From NCBI GenBank assembly GCA_036171075.1, contig JAVHQJ010000235.1, positions 7,391-71,390 of the forward strand: a stretch of DNA of 64,000 nt, read 5' to 3'. The stretch is from Sideroxydans sp. GTDB lineage: Bacteria > Pseudomonadota > Gammaproteobacteria > Burkholderiales > Gallionellaceae. The notes under the pieces are model-generated. The model made no database searches. It was given only the letters and a program-made list of their open reading frames with translations, and was not told the origin of the DNA. Position 1 is the first letter of the stretch. Each line of letters opens with the position of its first letter. The translations under genes were made by a program, and so were the position numbers. Of this stretch, positions 30,964 to 39,346 are shown in pieces.

Positions 30964-32484
30964 ATGACCTCTATTCGCCAACAAGATTTTATCGACAGCA
31001 TCGCCGACGCGTTGCAATTCATCTCCTACTACCATCCGCAAGACTTCATTCAAGCCCTAGCCGCAGCTTACAAGCGCGAAGAATCGCCCGCAGCGAAGGA
31101 TGCGATGGCGCAGATACTGACCAACTCGCGCATGTGTGCCTTGGGCAAGCGCCCCATCTGCCAAGACACTGGTATCGTGGTGGCGTTCGTGCGGGTGGGC
31201 ATGGATGTGCGCTGGGCGGATGCGACGATGAGCGTCACCGAGATGGTCAACGCTGGCGTGCGCAAAGGCTATCTGCTGCCAGACAATGTGTTGCGCGCGT
31301 CTATCGTGGCTGACCCCGCAGGACGCCGCAAGAACACGGGCGACAACTCTCCCGCCGTGGTGCATTTTGAGTTGGTGCCGGGCGACACGGTGGATGTGCG
31401 TATCGCGGCCAAGGGCGGCGGCTCGGAGAATAAATCCAAGATGGCGATGCTCAACCCGAGTGACGACATCGTGGAGTGGGTGTTGAATCAGTTGCCCCAT
31501 ATGGGGGCTGGGTGGTGTCCGCCCGGCATGTTGGGCATCGGCATCGGCGGCACAGCGGAGAAGGCGGTGCTGCTGGCGAAAGAAGCGCTGATGGAAGACA
31601 TCGATATGACTGAACTCAAAGCGCGTGGTGCGAAGAATCGTATCGAAGAGTTGCGCATCGAGATATTCGACAAGGTGAATGCGCTGGGCATCGGCGCGCA
31701 AGGCTTGGGCGGATTGACCACGGTGCTGGATGTGAAAATTTTAGATTACCCCACGCACGCGGCTTCCAAACCCGTCGCCCTCATCCCCAATTGCGCGGCC
31801 ACGCGCCATTTGCATTTCGAGTTGGATGGCAGTGGGGTGGCGACATTCACGCCGCCCAAGATCGAAGACTATCCCGATGTGCATTGGCAGCCCGCGCCCG
31901 ATGCGCGTCGTGTGAATCTCGATACCGTTACCCGTGACAATATCAAACAGTGGCAACCGGGCGAGACTTTGTTGCTCTCCGGCAAGTTGTTGACCGGGCG
32001 CGATGCTGCGCACAAACGCATCGTCGATATGCTGGCGAAAGGCGAAAAACTGCCCGTGGATTTCAGCGGGCGCTTCATCTATTACGTCGGTCCTGTCGAT
32101 CCCGTGCGTGATGAAGTCGTCGGCCCCGCCGGCCCCACCACCGCCACACGCATGGATAAATTCACCGAGACCATGCTGGCGCAGACCGGACTCATCGGTA
32201 TGGTCGGCAAAGCCGAACGCGGCAAAGCAGGCATCGAAGCCATCAAGAAACATGAAGCGGTGTACCTCATGGCCGTGGGCGGCGCGGCTTATCTGGTGTC
32301 CAAGGCCATCAAACAATCACGGGTGCTGGCGTTCGCCGATCTGGGGATGGAGGCTATCTACGAGTTCGAGGTGGAGGATATGCCGGTGACGGTGGCGGTG
32401 GATACGCAGGGCAGGTCGGTGCATGAGACGGGGCCTGCGGAGTGGCAGGGGAGGATTGCGGGGATACCAGTGAAGGTGGTGTGA
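30964..32484 (+). CDS. fumA: Class I Fe-S fumarate hydratase
   Basis: PICQDTG, KGGGSENK, GAGWCPPG, PNCAATRH, GRDAAH, GPTTATRMD. Confidence 0.95.
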   Translation: MTSIRQQDFIDSIADALQFISYYHPQDFIQALAAAYKREESPAAKDAMAQILTNSRMCALGKRPICQDTGIVVAFVRVGMDVRWADATMSVTEMVNAGVRKGYLLPDNVLRASIVADPAGRRKNTGDNSPAVVHFELVPGDTVDVRIAAKGGGSENKSKMAMLNPSDDIVEWVLNQLPHMGAGWCPPGMLGIGIGGTAEKAVLLAKEALMEDIDMTELKARGAKNRIEELRIEIFDKVNALGIGAQGLGGLTTVLDVKILDYPTHAASKPVALIPNCAATRHLHFELDGSGVATFTPPKIEDYPDVHWQPAPDARRVNLDTVTRDNIKQWQPGETLLLSGKLLTGRDAAHKRIVDMLAKGEKLPVDFSGRFIYYVGPVDPVRDEVVGPAGPTTATRMDKFTETMLAQTGLIGMVGKAERGKAGIEAIKKHEAVYLMAVGGAAYLVSKAIKQSRVLAFADLGMEAIYEFEVEDMPVTVAVDTQGRSVHETGPAEWQGRIAGIPVKVV

Positions 32485-33314
32485 TGCATCAGAGGCCAAT
32501 TCTGACCCCTACATTCAAAGCGCTGCTCCGAGAAGCACAGTTCACGAAGGAGATGCTTGGGACTGGGGCAACTCAAATTCGAGTAGCGAATTACGCAAGT
32601 AAGGGGGGTTACTTCCAAGCGTTCACCAGTCTTTCTACTGGGCTGGAACGCATCGGTAAGCTTTGTCTAATGCTGGATCATTTTATTGCTCATGGTGGCA
32701 CGTTCCCCACGCTGAGAGAAATGAAGCAGCAGATAGGCCACAAGCTGGAACTACTCTATACGCGGTCTCAGGAAGTCGTTCAGCGGCGATCCATTGAACT
32801 CCGATTTACCAAGGAACTTTCCGATCCGGTACATCAGGCAATCCTGCATGTGCTACATGACTTTGCTGAGGGGGATCGCTACTCGAACATTGATATTTTA
32901 GTCGGTGGAGGAGACTCGTCCGATTCCGTTGCGCGGTGGTTTACCGAGGTTGATACGGCTCTATATGCCACCCGTGTCTCACAGAGAAAGAAGGACGAAA
33001 TCGAACGAAACGCGAGAATAGGGGCGCAGTTAATGAGCCCATTCGCTTCAATTCTTCACACTTCGGAAATAGGCGAGGAAATATTAGATTTTGAAGAAGG
33101 CAGTAGACGCACAGGCATATGGGAGACTGTAGCGCCGCATCGGCAATTGGCTGTCCTTCAGGTGATTCGGTATTGGATCGAGCTATTAGGTCAACTTGAA
33201 CACTTGGCGCACTCTCTTCCCAGCGAACACATTCCTTACTTTGGAGAGGTATTTGCATTGTTCTATAACGATGATGCCTATTTCAAATCTAGAAAGACGT
33301 GGGAGCAAGTGTAG
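32484..33314 (+). CDS. Hypothetical protein, HEPN-superfamily-like
   Basis: 276 aa, helical; GLERIGKLCL...GHKLELL...DRY pattern resembles HEPN domains; coupled to the fumA stop (TGATG); atypical codon usage. Confidence 0.6.
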   Translation: MHQRPILTPTFKALLREAQFTKEMLGTGATQIRVANYASKGGYFQAFTSLSTGLERIGKLCLMLDHFIAHGGTFPTLREMKQQIGHKLELLYTRSQEVVQRRSIELRFTKELSDPVHQAILHVLHDFAEGDRYSNIDILVGGGDSSDSVARWFTEVDTALYATRVSQRKKDEIERNARIGAQLMSPFASILHTSEIGEEILDFEEGSRRTGIWETVAPHRQLAVLQVIRYWIELLGQLEHLAHSLPSEHIPYFGEVFALFYNDDAYFKSRKTWEQV

Positions 33315-33347
33315 GAATGGTTGAGCACAGGGTTACCCATCGAAAAC

Positions 33348-33568
33348 CGTCGGGGGTAGCCCGACAGCTAGTTACTTTTTCTTGCTTCGCCAAGAAAAAG
33401 TAACCAAAAAGAAGGCGACCCCAGTGTGCCGCTGCTTCGCAGTTCCCTGCGTTGCTCAGGCAGTCAGGCCTCCTCATAAACTCGCACGACCTGCTACGCA
33501 GTCACGTGCTCAAACATATTCGTCGGACTACCCCTGACTGCCTTCCGCTACTCGGCGGTGCACAGGGG
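33348..33568 (+). repeat. Structured ~220-nt repeat element, copy 1
   Basis: First ~75 nt are near-identical to the reverse complement of 33839-33912; hairpin TTACTTTTTCTTG-cttcgc-CAAGAAAAAGTAA; nested internal stems. Confidence 0.9.
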
Positions 33569-33694
33569 AAGGAGAGTCAAAGGCGATATGCCGGTTTTGT
33601 GTGCGCTGCGCGCACGATTGTTTTTGATTTGAGTGAGGCGGGCGTTGCCCGCCTCGTGGGTTCTGGGTTTGGGGTTCTGCTTTTGATTTTCACT

Positions 33695-33912
33695 CCCTTC
33701 TGTAGCGCTGAGGGCGGGCGATAAAATTGGGGAGAAGGCGAGCACTGTTTGAGCACGTGGCCGCGTAGCGGATCGTGCGAGTTGCGCAGCCGCCCAATTT
33801 TATTGACCGACCGAAGGAACCCGAAGGGCGCTAGAGCAGGGGCGCCTTCTTTTTGGTTACTTTTTCTTGGCGAAGCAAGAAAAAGTGACTAGCTGTCGGG
33901 CTACCCCCGACG
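33695..33912 (-). repeat. Structured ~220-nt repeat element, copy 2 (inverted)
   Basis: Same terminal block and AACTCGCACGA...CACGTGCTCAAACA core as copy 1, with different but self-complementary internal stems. Confidence 0.9.
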
Positions 33913-33950
33913 AAGTTGGTTTTAAAAGTTGATGGAGTACAGCAAGTGTT

Positions 33951-33985
33951 CCCCCACCCTAACCCTCCCCCGGTGGGAGAGGGGA
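33951..33985 (+). repeat. BoxC-like C-rich/palindromic repeat unit
   Basis: CCCCCACCCTAACCCTCCCCCGGTGGGAGAGGGGA; the same unit occurs twice at 59050-59171. Confidence 0.75.
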
Positions 33986-34079
33986 TAAAACCAGCTGGCT
34001 TCGCCCATCCTTCCATGGATTTATCCCCCCTTTTCGACTATCATGCCGCCCTGCTTGTGTAGTACAGAATTTACGAATT

Positions 34080-34176
34080 GGCGGGTCTCCCCGCATTGCA
34101 CTTTGGTGAACCTGGTCAGGTCCGGAAGGAAGCAGCCACAGCCAAGCGGTGCAAGTGCCGGGGGTAAGGCTCGCCT
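34080..34176 (+). ncRNA. ffs: Signal recognition particle RNA (4.5S)
   Basis: Conserved GGTCAGGTCCGGAAGGAAGCAGCC domain IV; closing stem GGCGGG/CTCGCC; directly upstream of dnaX. Confidence 0.95.
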
Positions 34177-34231
34177 CCTTATATTCGAGGGGGTTGCACT
34201 CGATGAGTTAAATAGTTGGGCGAGGGGTGAT

Positions 34232-35842
34232 ATGTCAGCGACTTCAGTGTTAGCACGCAAATGGCGTCCCAAGAACTTCGCTCAATTGGCGGGGCAGGAG
34301 CACGTCGTTCAGGCATTGACCAATGCGCTCATTCAGAACCGCTTGCATCATGCTTATCTCTTTACGGGTACGCGCGGCGTGGGCAAGACCACCATCGCAC
34401 GCATCTTCGCTAAATCCTTAAATTGTGAAACGGGCATCACGGCAACGCCGTGTGGCGTGTGTAGCGCTTGCACCGAGATTGATAGTGGGCGCTTTGTTGA
34501 TTTGATTGAGCTGGATGCGGCCTCGAACACGCAGGTGGATAACATGCGCGAATTGTTGGAGAGTGCGCTGTATGCACCGTCCAGCGGACGCTTCAAGGTG
34601 TACATCATCGACGAAGTGCACATGCTGTCGAAGTCAGCCTTCAACGCGATGTTGAAGACGCTGGAAGAGCCTCCCGCGCATGTGAAGTTCATCCTCGCCA
34701 CGACTGATCCGCAAAAAATTCCCGTTACGGTGTTGTCGCGTTGTTTGCAGTTCAATCTGAAGCAGATGCCACCCGCGTTGATTGTGTCGCATCTGCAATA
34801 TGTGCTGGGGCAAGAGAATATCCCCTATGAAAACGGTGCGCTGAATCTGGTGGCGCGTGCGGCGCAGGGCAGTATGCGCGATGCCTTGAGTTTGATGGAT
34901 CAGGCGATTGCTTACTCATCGGGCAAGGTGGATGAGTCATTGGTGCGCACCATGCTGGGGGCGATTGATCAAGGATATTTGTTCGATTTGTTGCAAACAT
35001 TGCGCGCGGGTGACGGTGCGGGCTTGTTGCACATCGCCGATGATATGGCGATGCGGAGTATTGCCTTTGAGGCGGCCTTACAAGATTTAGCGACCCTGTT
35101 GCATCGTGTCGCGTTGGCACAAACGATTCCGCAAGCGATTGCCGAGGATGAGCCAGAGCGTGTTCGATTGATGCAATTGGCGCAGCAATTTACGCCTGAA
35201 GAAATTCAACTGAATTACCAAATTGCGATTCACGGGCGTAAGGAGTTAGACCTTGCACCAGATGAATATGCAGGATTCACCATGACGTTGCTGCGTATGT
35301 TGGCGTTTGTGCCGGCATCGGCGGGTAACAATGTGGCGTCATCATCCCCGCGTGTTGTTGCCGCGCCCAAGGTGGAGATGCCTGCGGCAGTATCTGCCGC
35401 GCCAAAATTGCTCGTGACGGAATCTGTCGCAAACTATCAAGCGTCGAAGATGCCGTCGGCTGATCTCGATTGGAATACGCTTTTGACGCAAATCAATGTG
35501 CAAGGTATGGCGCGTGAATTGGCAAAGAATAGTGTGTTGACGAGCTTTGCAAACGGATGTTTGGTATTAAGTTTGGCGCCGCAACATAAGCAGCTTCAAA
35601 GCAATAAATTAGCGGTTGATAAGTTGCAAGCAGTATTGAGCGAGTACTTTGCGAAACCTATTAAGCTGGTTGTAGAAATGAGCGTTTCAAAAGATATTGC
35701 AACGCCCGCTGCGGTTGCACAGCATGAGAAACAAACACGACAACAGCAGGCCGAAGCGGCCATTAAGCAGGATGCATTTGTGCGTGATGCGCAAATTCAT
35801 TTAGGTGCGCAAGTAATCGAAAATTCGATCAAGCCTGTATAA
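34232..35842 (+). CDS. dnaX: DNA polymerase III subunit gamma/tau
   Basis: LARKWRP, GTRGVGKTT, DEVHMLS, SRC, GSMRDALS; ATG at 34232 after GAGGGG. Confidence 0.97.
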   Translation: MSATSVLARKWRPKNFAQLAGQEHVVQALTNALIQNRLHHAYLFTGTRGVGKTTIARIFAKSLNCETGITATPCGVCSACTEIDSGRFVDLIELDAASNTQVDNMRELLESALYAPSSGRFKVYIIDEVHMLSKSAFNAMLKTLEEPPAHVKFILATTDPQKIPVTVLSRCLQFNLKQMPPALIVSHLQYVLGQENIPYENGALNLVARAAQGSMRDALSLMDQAIAYSSGKVDESLVRTMLGAIDQGYLFDLLQTLRAGDGAGLLHIADDMAMRSIAFEAALQDLATLLHRVALAQTIPQAIAEDEPERVRLMQLAQQFTPEEIQLNYQIAIHGRKELDLAPDEYAGFTMTLLRMLAFVPASAGNNVASSSPRVVAAPKVEMPAAVSAAPKLLVTESVANYQASKMPSADLDWNTLLTQINVQGMARELAKNSVLTSFANGCLVLSLAPQHKQLQSNKLAVDKLQAVLSEYFAKPIKLVVEMSVSKDIATPAAVAQHEKQTRQQQAEAAIKQDAFVRDAQIHLGAQVIENSIKPV

Positions 35843-35857
35843 ATTTAATAGGAGGAA

Positions 35858-36181
35858 GTGGCAATGATGAGAGGTGGAATGGCTGGGCTAATGAAGCAGG
35901 CGCAACAGATGCAAGCGAATATGAAAAAGGCGCAAGCAGAGTTGGCGACAGTTGAAGTAGAAGGTCAGGCGGGTGCGGGTATGGTTAAAGTGATGATGAC
36001 CTGCGCGCATGAAGTGCGTCGTGTGCATCTGGATCAGAGCGTGTTGGATGACAAAGAAATGCTCGAAGATTTAATCGTTGCCGCGCTCACGGATGCCAAT
36101 AAAAAGGTAGCTGAAACAACCCAAAAACGCATGGGTGGATTTACGGCGCAGCTACCTCCTGGAATGAGTCTCCCCTTCTAA
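35858..36181 (+). CDS. ybaB: YbaB/EbfC nucleoid-associated protein
   Basis: [24 protein letters not shown]; dnaX-ybaB-recR order. Confidence 0.95.
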   Translation: MAMMRGGMAGLMKQAQQMQANMKKAQAELATVEVEGQAGAGMVKVMMTCAHEVRRVHLDQSVLDDKEMLEDLIVAALTDANKKVAETTQKRMGGFTAQLPPGMSLPF

Positions 36182-36781
36182 ATGAGCACCCCTTCCAGTT
36201 TGGAAGAATTGATTGGTGCATTGCGCTGCTTACCTGGTGTAGGACCAAAATCTGCACAACGCATGGCGTATCACTTGTTGCAACGTGATAAGCAAGGGGC
36301 ATTGCATTTGTCACGTTCACTCGATCACGCGGTGAATACTGTCAAGCATTGTTCCAAGTGCAATAATTTTTCCGAAGCTGATGTATGTGCCATGTGCAGT
36401 TCTGCGCGGCGTGAAACAAATTTATTGTGTGTAGTGGAAATGCCCGCAGATTTGCTGATGATGGAGCAGGCACAGTGTTATCGCGGCATGTACTTTGTGT
36501 TGATGGGGAGGCTGTCCCCTTTAGATGGCGTGGGGGCGAGCGAATTGCCCTTGGCGAGACTACAGCGACGTGCGCAAGAGTTAGGGTGTGAGGTGATCTT
36601 GGCTACCAACTTTACGGTGGAAGGTGAAGCCACGGCGCATTATTTGGCGACGTTGTTGCGCGCGCAGGGCATTAAAGTTTCGCGTATTGCGCGTGGCTTG
36701 CCTGTGGGTGGGGAGCTAGAGCATGTGGACAGTGGCACCTTGGCACAAGCTGTGCTGGAAAGAAGAGCGGTAACAGAATGA
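36182..36781 (+). CDS. recR: Recombination mediator RecR
   Basis: [12 protein letters not shown]4 zinc finger, [23 protein letters not shown]. Confidence 0.97.
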   Translation: MSTPSSLEELIGALRCLPGVGPKSAQRMAYHLLQRDKQGALHLSRSLDHAVNTVKHCSKCNNFSEADVCAMCSSARRETNLLCVVEMPADLLMMEQAQCYRGMYFVLMGRLSPLDGVGASELPLARLQRRAQELGCEVILATNFTVEGEATAHYLATLLRAQGIKVSRIARGLPVGGELEHVDSGTLAQAVLERRAVTE

Positions 36782-37644
36782 CAGAAAAAATTGAATCGAA
36801 TTTGGCGGGTGAGCGTCTGCAAAAAGTGTTGGCGCAAGCGGGGATGGGTTCGCGTCGAGAAATGGAAGTGTGGATTAGCGCAGGGCGCGTGTCGGTCAAT
36901 GGCGTTGTGGCATCGCTGGGCGCGCGCGTATCAGAAGGCGATAAGGTGTTGGTGGATGGGCGGCATATTCGGCTTAATTTGGAAGCTAAACAGGCCTTAC
37001 CTCGCATATTGATTTATCACAAGCAGGAAGGTGAAATCGTTAGTCGTGATGATCCTAATGGCCGTGCGAACGTGTTTGATAGCTTGCCAAAGTTGCGTGG
37101 ACAAAAATGGGTTGCCATTGGGCGTCTAGATTTTAATACCAGCGGATTGCTCATTTTTACAACCTCGGGAGAGTTGGCAAATCGACTGATGCATCCCCGT
37201 TTTGAAGTGGAGCGTGAATATGCGGTGCGCGTGCAGGGCGCTTTGACAGAAGCACAAATGCGCCAAATGACGAAAGAAGGCATTGAGCTGGAAGATGGGC
37301 TTGTGCGCTTTGAGCAATTAAGCGATGAAGGGGGGGAGGGCTTTAATCATTGGTATCGTTTAGTGTTGAAAGAGGGGCGTAATCGCGTGGTACGACGTAC
37401 CTTTGAGGCATTGGAACTCCCCGTCAGTCGATTGATGCGTATTCGTTTTGGCATGATTAACCTGCCGCCTCGCATTAAGCGCGGGATGATGACTGAATTG
37501 AGCGAAGCGCAAGTCAGGTCAATCCTTGAGTGGGTAGAGCTTCCTGCAGGCTACTTGGCACAATTGCCAAAAACACAAACTGCCAAGTTGGCGCGTGTTC
37601 GCCCTAGAAAAAATGAGATAGCGAGGAAGACGGATAATCGTTAG
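36778..37644 (+). CDS. rluB: 23S rRNA pseudouridine synthase (RluB-like)
   Basis: S4 domain [14 protein letters not shown]; catalytic [10 protein letters not shown]; LMHPR; EGRNR. Confidence 0.85.
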   Translation: MTEKIESNLAGERLQKVLAQAGMGSRREMEVWISAGRVSVNGVVASLGARVSEGDKVLVDGRHIRLNLEAKQALPRILIYHKQEGEIVSRDDPNGRANVFDSLPKLRGQKWVAIGRLDFNTSGLLIFTTSGELANRLMHPRFEVEREYAVRVQGALTEAQMRQMTKEGIELEDGLVRFEQLSDEGGEGFNHWYRLVLKEGRNRVVRRTFEALELPVSRLMRIRFGMINLPPRIKRGMMTELSEAQVRSILEWVELPAGYLAQLPKTQTAKLARVRPRKNEIARKTDNR

Positions 37645-37712
37645 AATTCGCGGGGTTAAAAAGGGATGTTGTGCGGTGTATTCATCATGTTAGGGTTCAT
37701 TAGGTAAGTTGA

Positions 37713-38900
37713 ATGGAACAGCGAAATAATAAGACCATTATTTGCAGCGTATTTTTCTTGGATATTGTTGAATATTCGAAGAAATCGGTTGCTGGTCAGA
37801 TTTCATTGAAGGAGCGTTTTAACGCCTTCCTTTCGATTGCTATTCGTGATGTTCCCGTTAATGACCGCATTATTTTAGATACGGGCGATGGTGCGGCAAT
37901 TAGTTTCCTCGGCGACATTGAGGATGCTTTGCAGGCGGCATTGAGTATGCGTAGTAGTTTGCTGGGCGAAGGCGTACGCATGGAGCCAACATTGTTGGTG
38001 CGTATGGGAATTAATCTGGGGCCAGTCCGTTTGGTAAAAGATATCAACGGGCAGCCCAACATCGTTGGCGACGGAATTAATGTCGCACAACGGGTGATGG
38101 GTTTTGCTGATACGGGTCAGGTGCTCGTTTCGCGCTCTTATTACGATGCCGTGTCGCGCTTGTCTAGCGAGTATTCGGGCATGTTCCATTATCAAGGTTC
38201 GCGCACAGATAAGCATGTGCGTGAGCACGAGGTGTACGCTATTGGCTATCCTGGCGATTTCACTTCAACCCAACGTAGTGTTGCGTTGCAGGAACAAGTT
38301 GAACACAGCACAGGTTGGCATCATGTGCTTGCGCAATCACAAATTGTTTGGGCATCCGCCATTCATCAAATTGCTTTGTGGGAGCGCAGAGGGATTTCTG
38401 CTTTTAGACGCATCACGACACCGCAAAAAGTGGCGGTGTTGAGCGTGGCCGCGGTTTTTGCCTTTTCGATGATATTAGGAGTTTATAAATTAGCGCACCG
38501 TCCTGCGGTGCCAGCAGTTAAAAAGGTAGCAGGAGCAGTCTCCGAAAAACCAACATTGGCAATGAGTGCACCTGTAGCCGCTTCTGCGGTTGTGGTGGAT
38601 GCGCAGAAAGCGGCTGAAAGCGAGGCGAATAAAAAAGTGCAGGGGGTCAAGCAGAGTTCGCGTGTGCGAACTCTAGCTGAAACAACGGGCGGGCCTGCTG
38701 TGGTGGGACTTTCCATTGTGCCTTGGGGGGAAGTTTATTTGGATGGTGTGCTGCAAGGCGTGAGTCCCCCTTTGCTTGAATTACAGGTTGTGTCAGGGCG
38801 ACACAAGTTGGAAATTAGAAACTCTAGTTTCCCCGTATTAAAACAAACAATAAAAGCAAAGCCTGGCGAAAAAATAAAAATAAAACACAGTTTCAAATAA
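37713..38900 (+). CDS. Class III nucleotidyl cyclase domain + TM + C-terminal PEGA-like domain
   Basis: FLDIVEYS, TGDG, RMGINLG, GDGINVAQR, DKH; TM at about aa 240-260; PWGEVYLDG...GVSPP...GRHKLEIRN. Confidence 0.88.
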   Translation: MEQRNNKTIICSVFFLDIVEYSKKSVAGQISLKERFNAFLSIAIRDVPVNDRIILDTGDGAAISFLGDIEDALQAALSMRSSLLGEGVRMEPTLLVRMGINLGPVRLVKDINGQPNIVGDGINVAQRVMGFADTGQVLVSRSYYDAVSRLSSEYSGMFHYQGSRTDKHVREHEVYAIGYPGDFTSTQRSVALQEQVEHSTGWHHVLAQSQIVWASAIHQIALWERRGISAFRRITTPQKVAVLSVAAVFAFSMILGVYKLAHRPAVPAVKKVAGAVSEKPTLAMSAPVAASAVVVDAQKAAESEANKKVQGVKQSSRVRTLAETTGGPAVVGLSIVPWGEVYLDGVLQGVSPPLLELQVVSGRHKLEIRNSSFPVLKQTIKAKPGEKIKIKHSFK

Positions 38901-38919
38901 ATTTGGATAGGAGTAATTG

Positions 38920-39321
38920 ATGCAGGCGCGTAGTTTGTTGGTGGGATTGTTGTCACTTGTGTTGATGGGCTGCGGCACTGTGGATACGTGTAATGACGAC
39001 AGGGGGGGGATTCGCTTGTTTGGCAAAGACCCTGTTGCACAAAAGTTAGACTTTGGGGTCAAGGAGTATGAAGAAGGCAACTACATTGCGTCGGTGAATG
39101 CCTTGCAGTCAGTATTAGAAACTAGGCTTGCTGGGAGTGATGATAAGGTAGACGCTTATAAGTATTTGGCTTTTATTCAATGTATTTCTGGGCGCGAGAG
39201 GTTGTGCAAAGATTACTTCCGAAAAATATTAGCGATACAGCCGAATTTTGAATTGACACCAGCAGAAGCAGGACATCCGTTATGGGGCTCCGCATTCCGC
39301 AGTGTTAAAGGAAAAAAATAA
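38920..39321 (+). CDS. TssQ-like TPR lipoprotein
   Basis: Lipobox LMGC; YEEGNY, AYKYLAFIQC...C...F, FELTPAEAGHPLWG signature. Confidence 0.8.
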   Translation: MQARSLLVGLLSLVLMGCGTVDTCNDDRGGIRLFGKDPVAQKLDFGVKEYEEGNYIASVNALQSVLETRLAGSDDKVDAYKYLAFIQCISGRERLCKDYFRKILAIQPNFELTPAEAGHPLWGSAFRSVKGKK

Positions 39322-39346
39322 GTCATTTGAATATGTGGCACAAAAT

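Noticed and set aside
33348-33912. CRISPR array or intact IS interpretation of the repeat pair
   Set aside because: Only two inverted units, no regularly spaced direct repeats with unique spacers, and no cas or transposase gene.
33289-34016. Short ORFs (33289-33477, 33452-33724, 33548-33745, 33831-34016) over the repeat cluster
   Set aside because: They are translations of palindromic repeat sequence (FGYFFLAKQEKVT-type peptides), with no RBS or recognisable domain.
34043-34231. N-terminal extension of DnaX in the ORF track
   Set aside because: It overlaps the SRP RNA; the ATG at 34232 has an RBS and gives the conserved N-terminus.
34232-35842. Programmed -1 frameshift in dnaX
   Set aside because: No A-AAA-AAG heptamer or long A-run seen after domain III; the only A6 run noticed (about 34713) is early and followed by TT.
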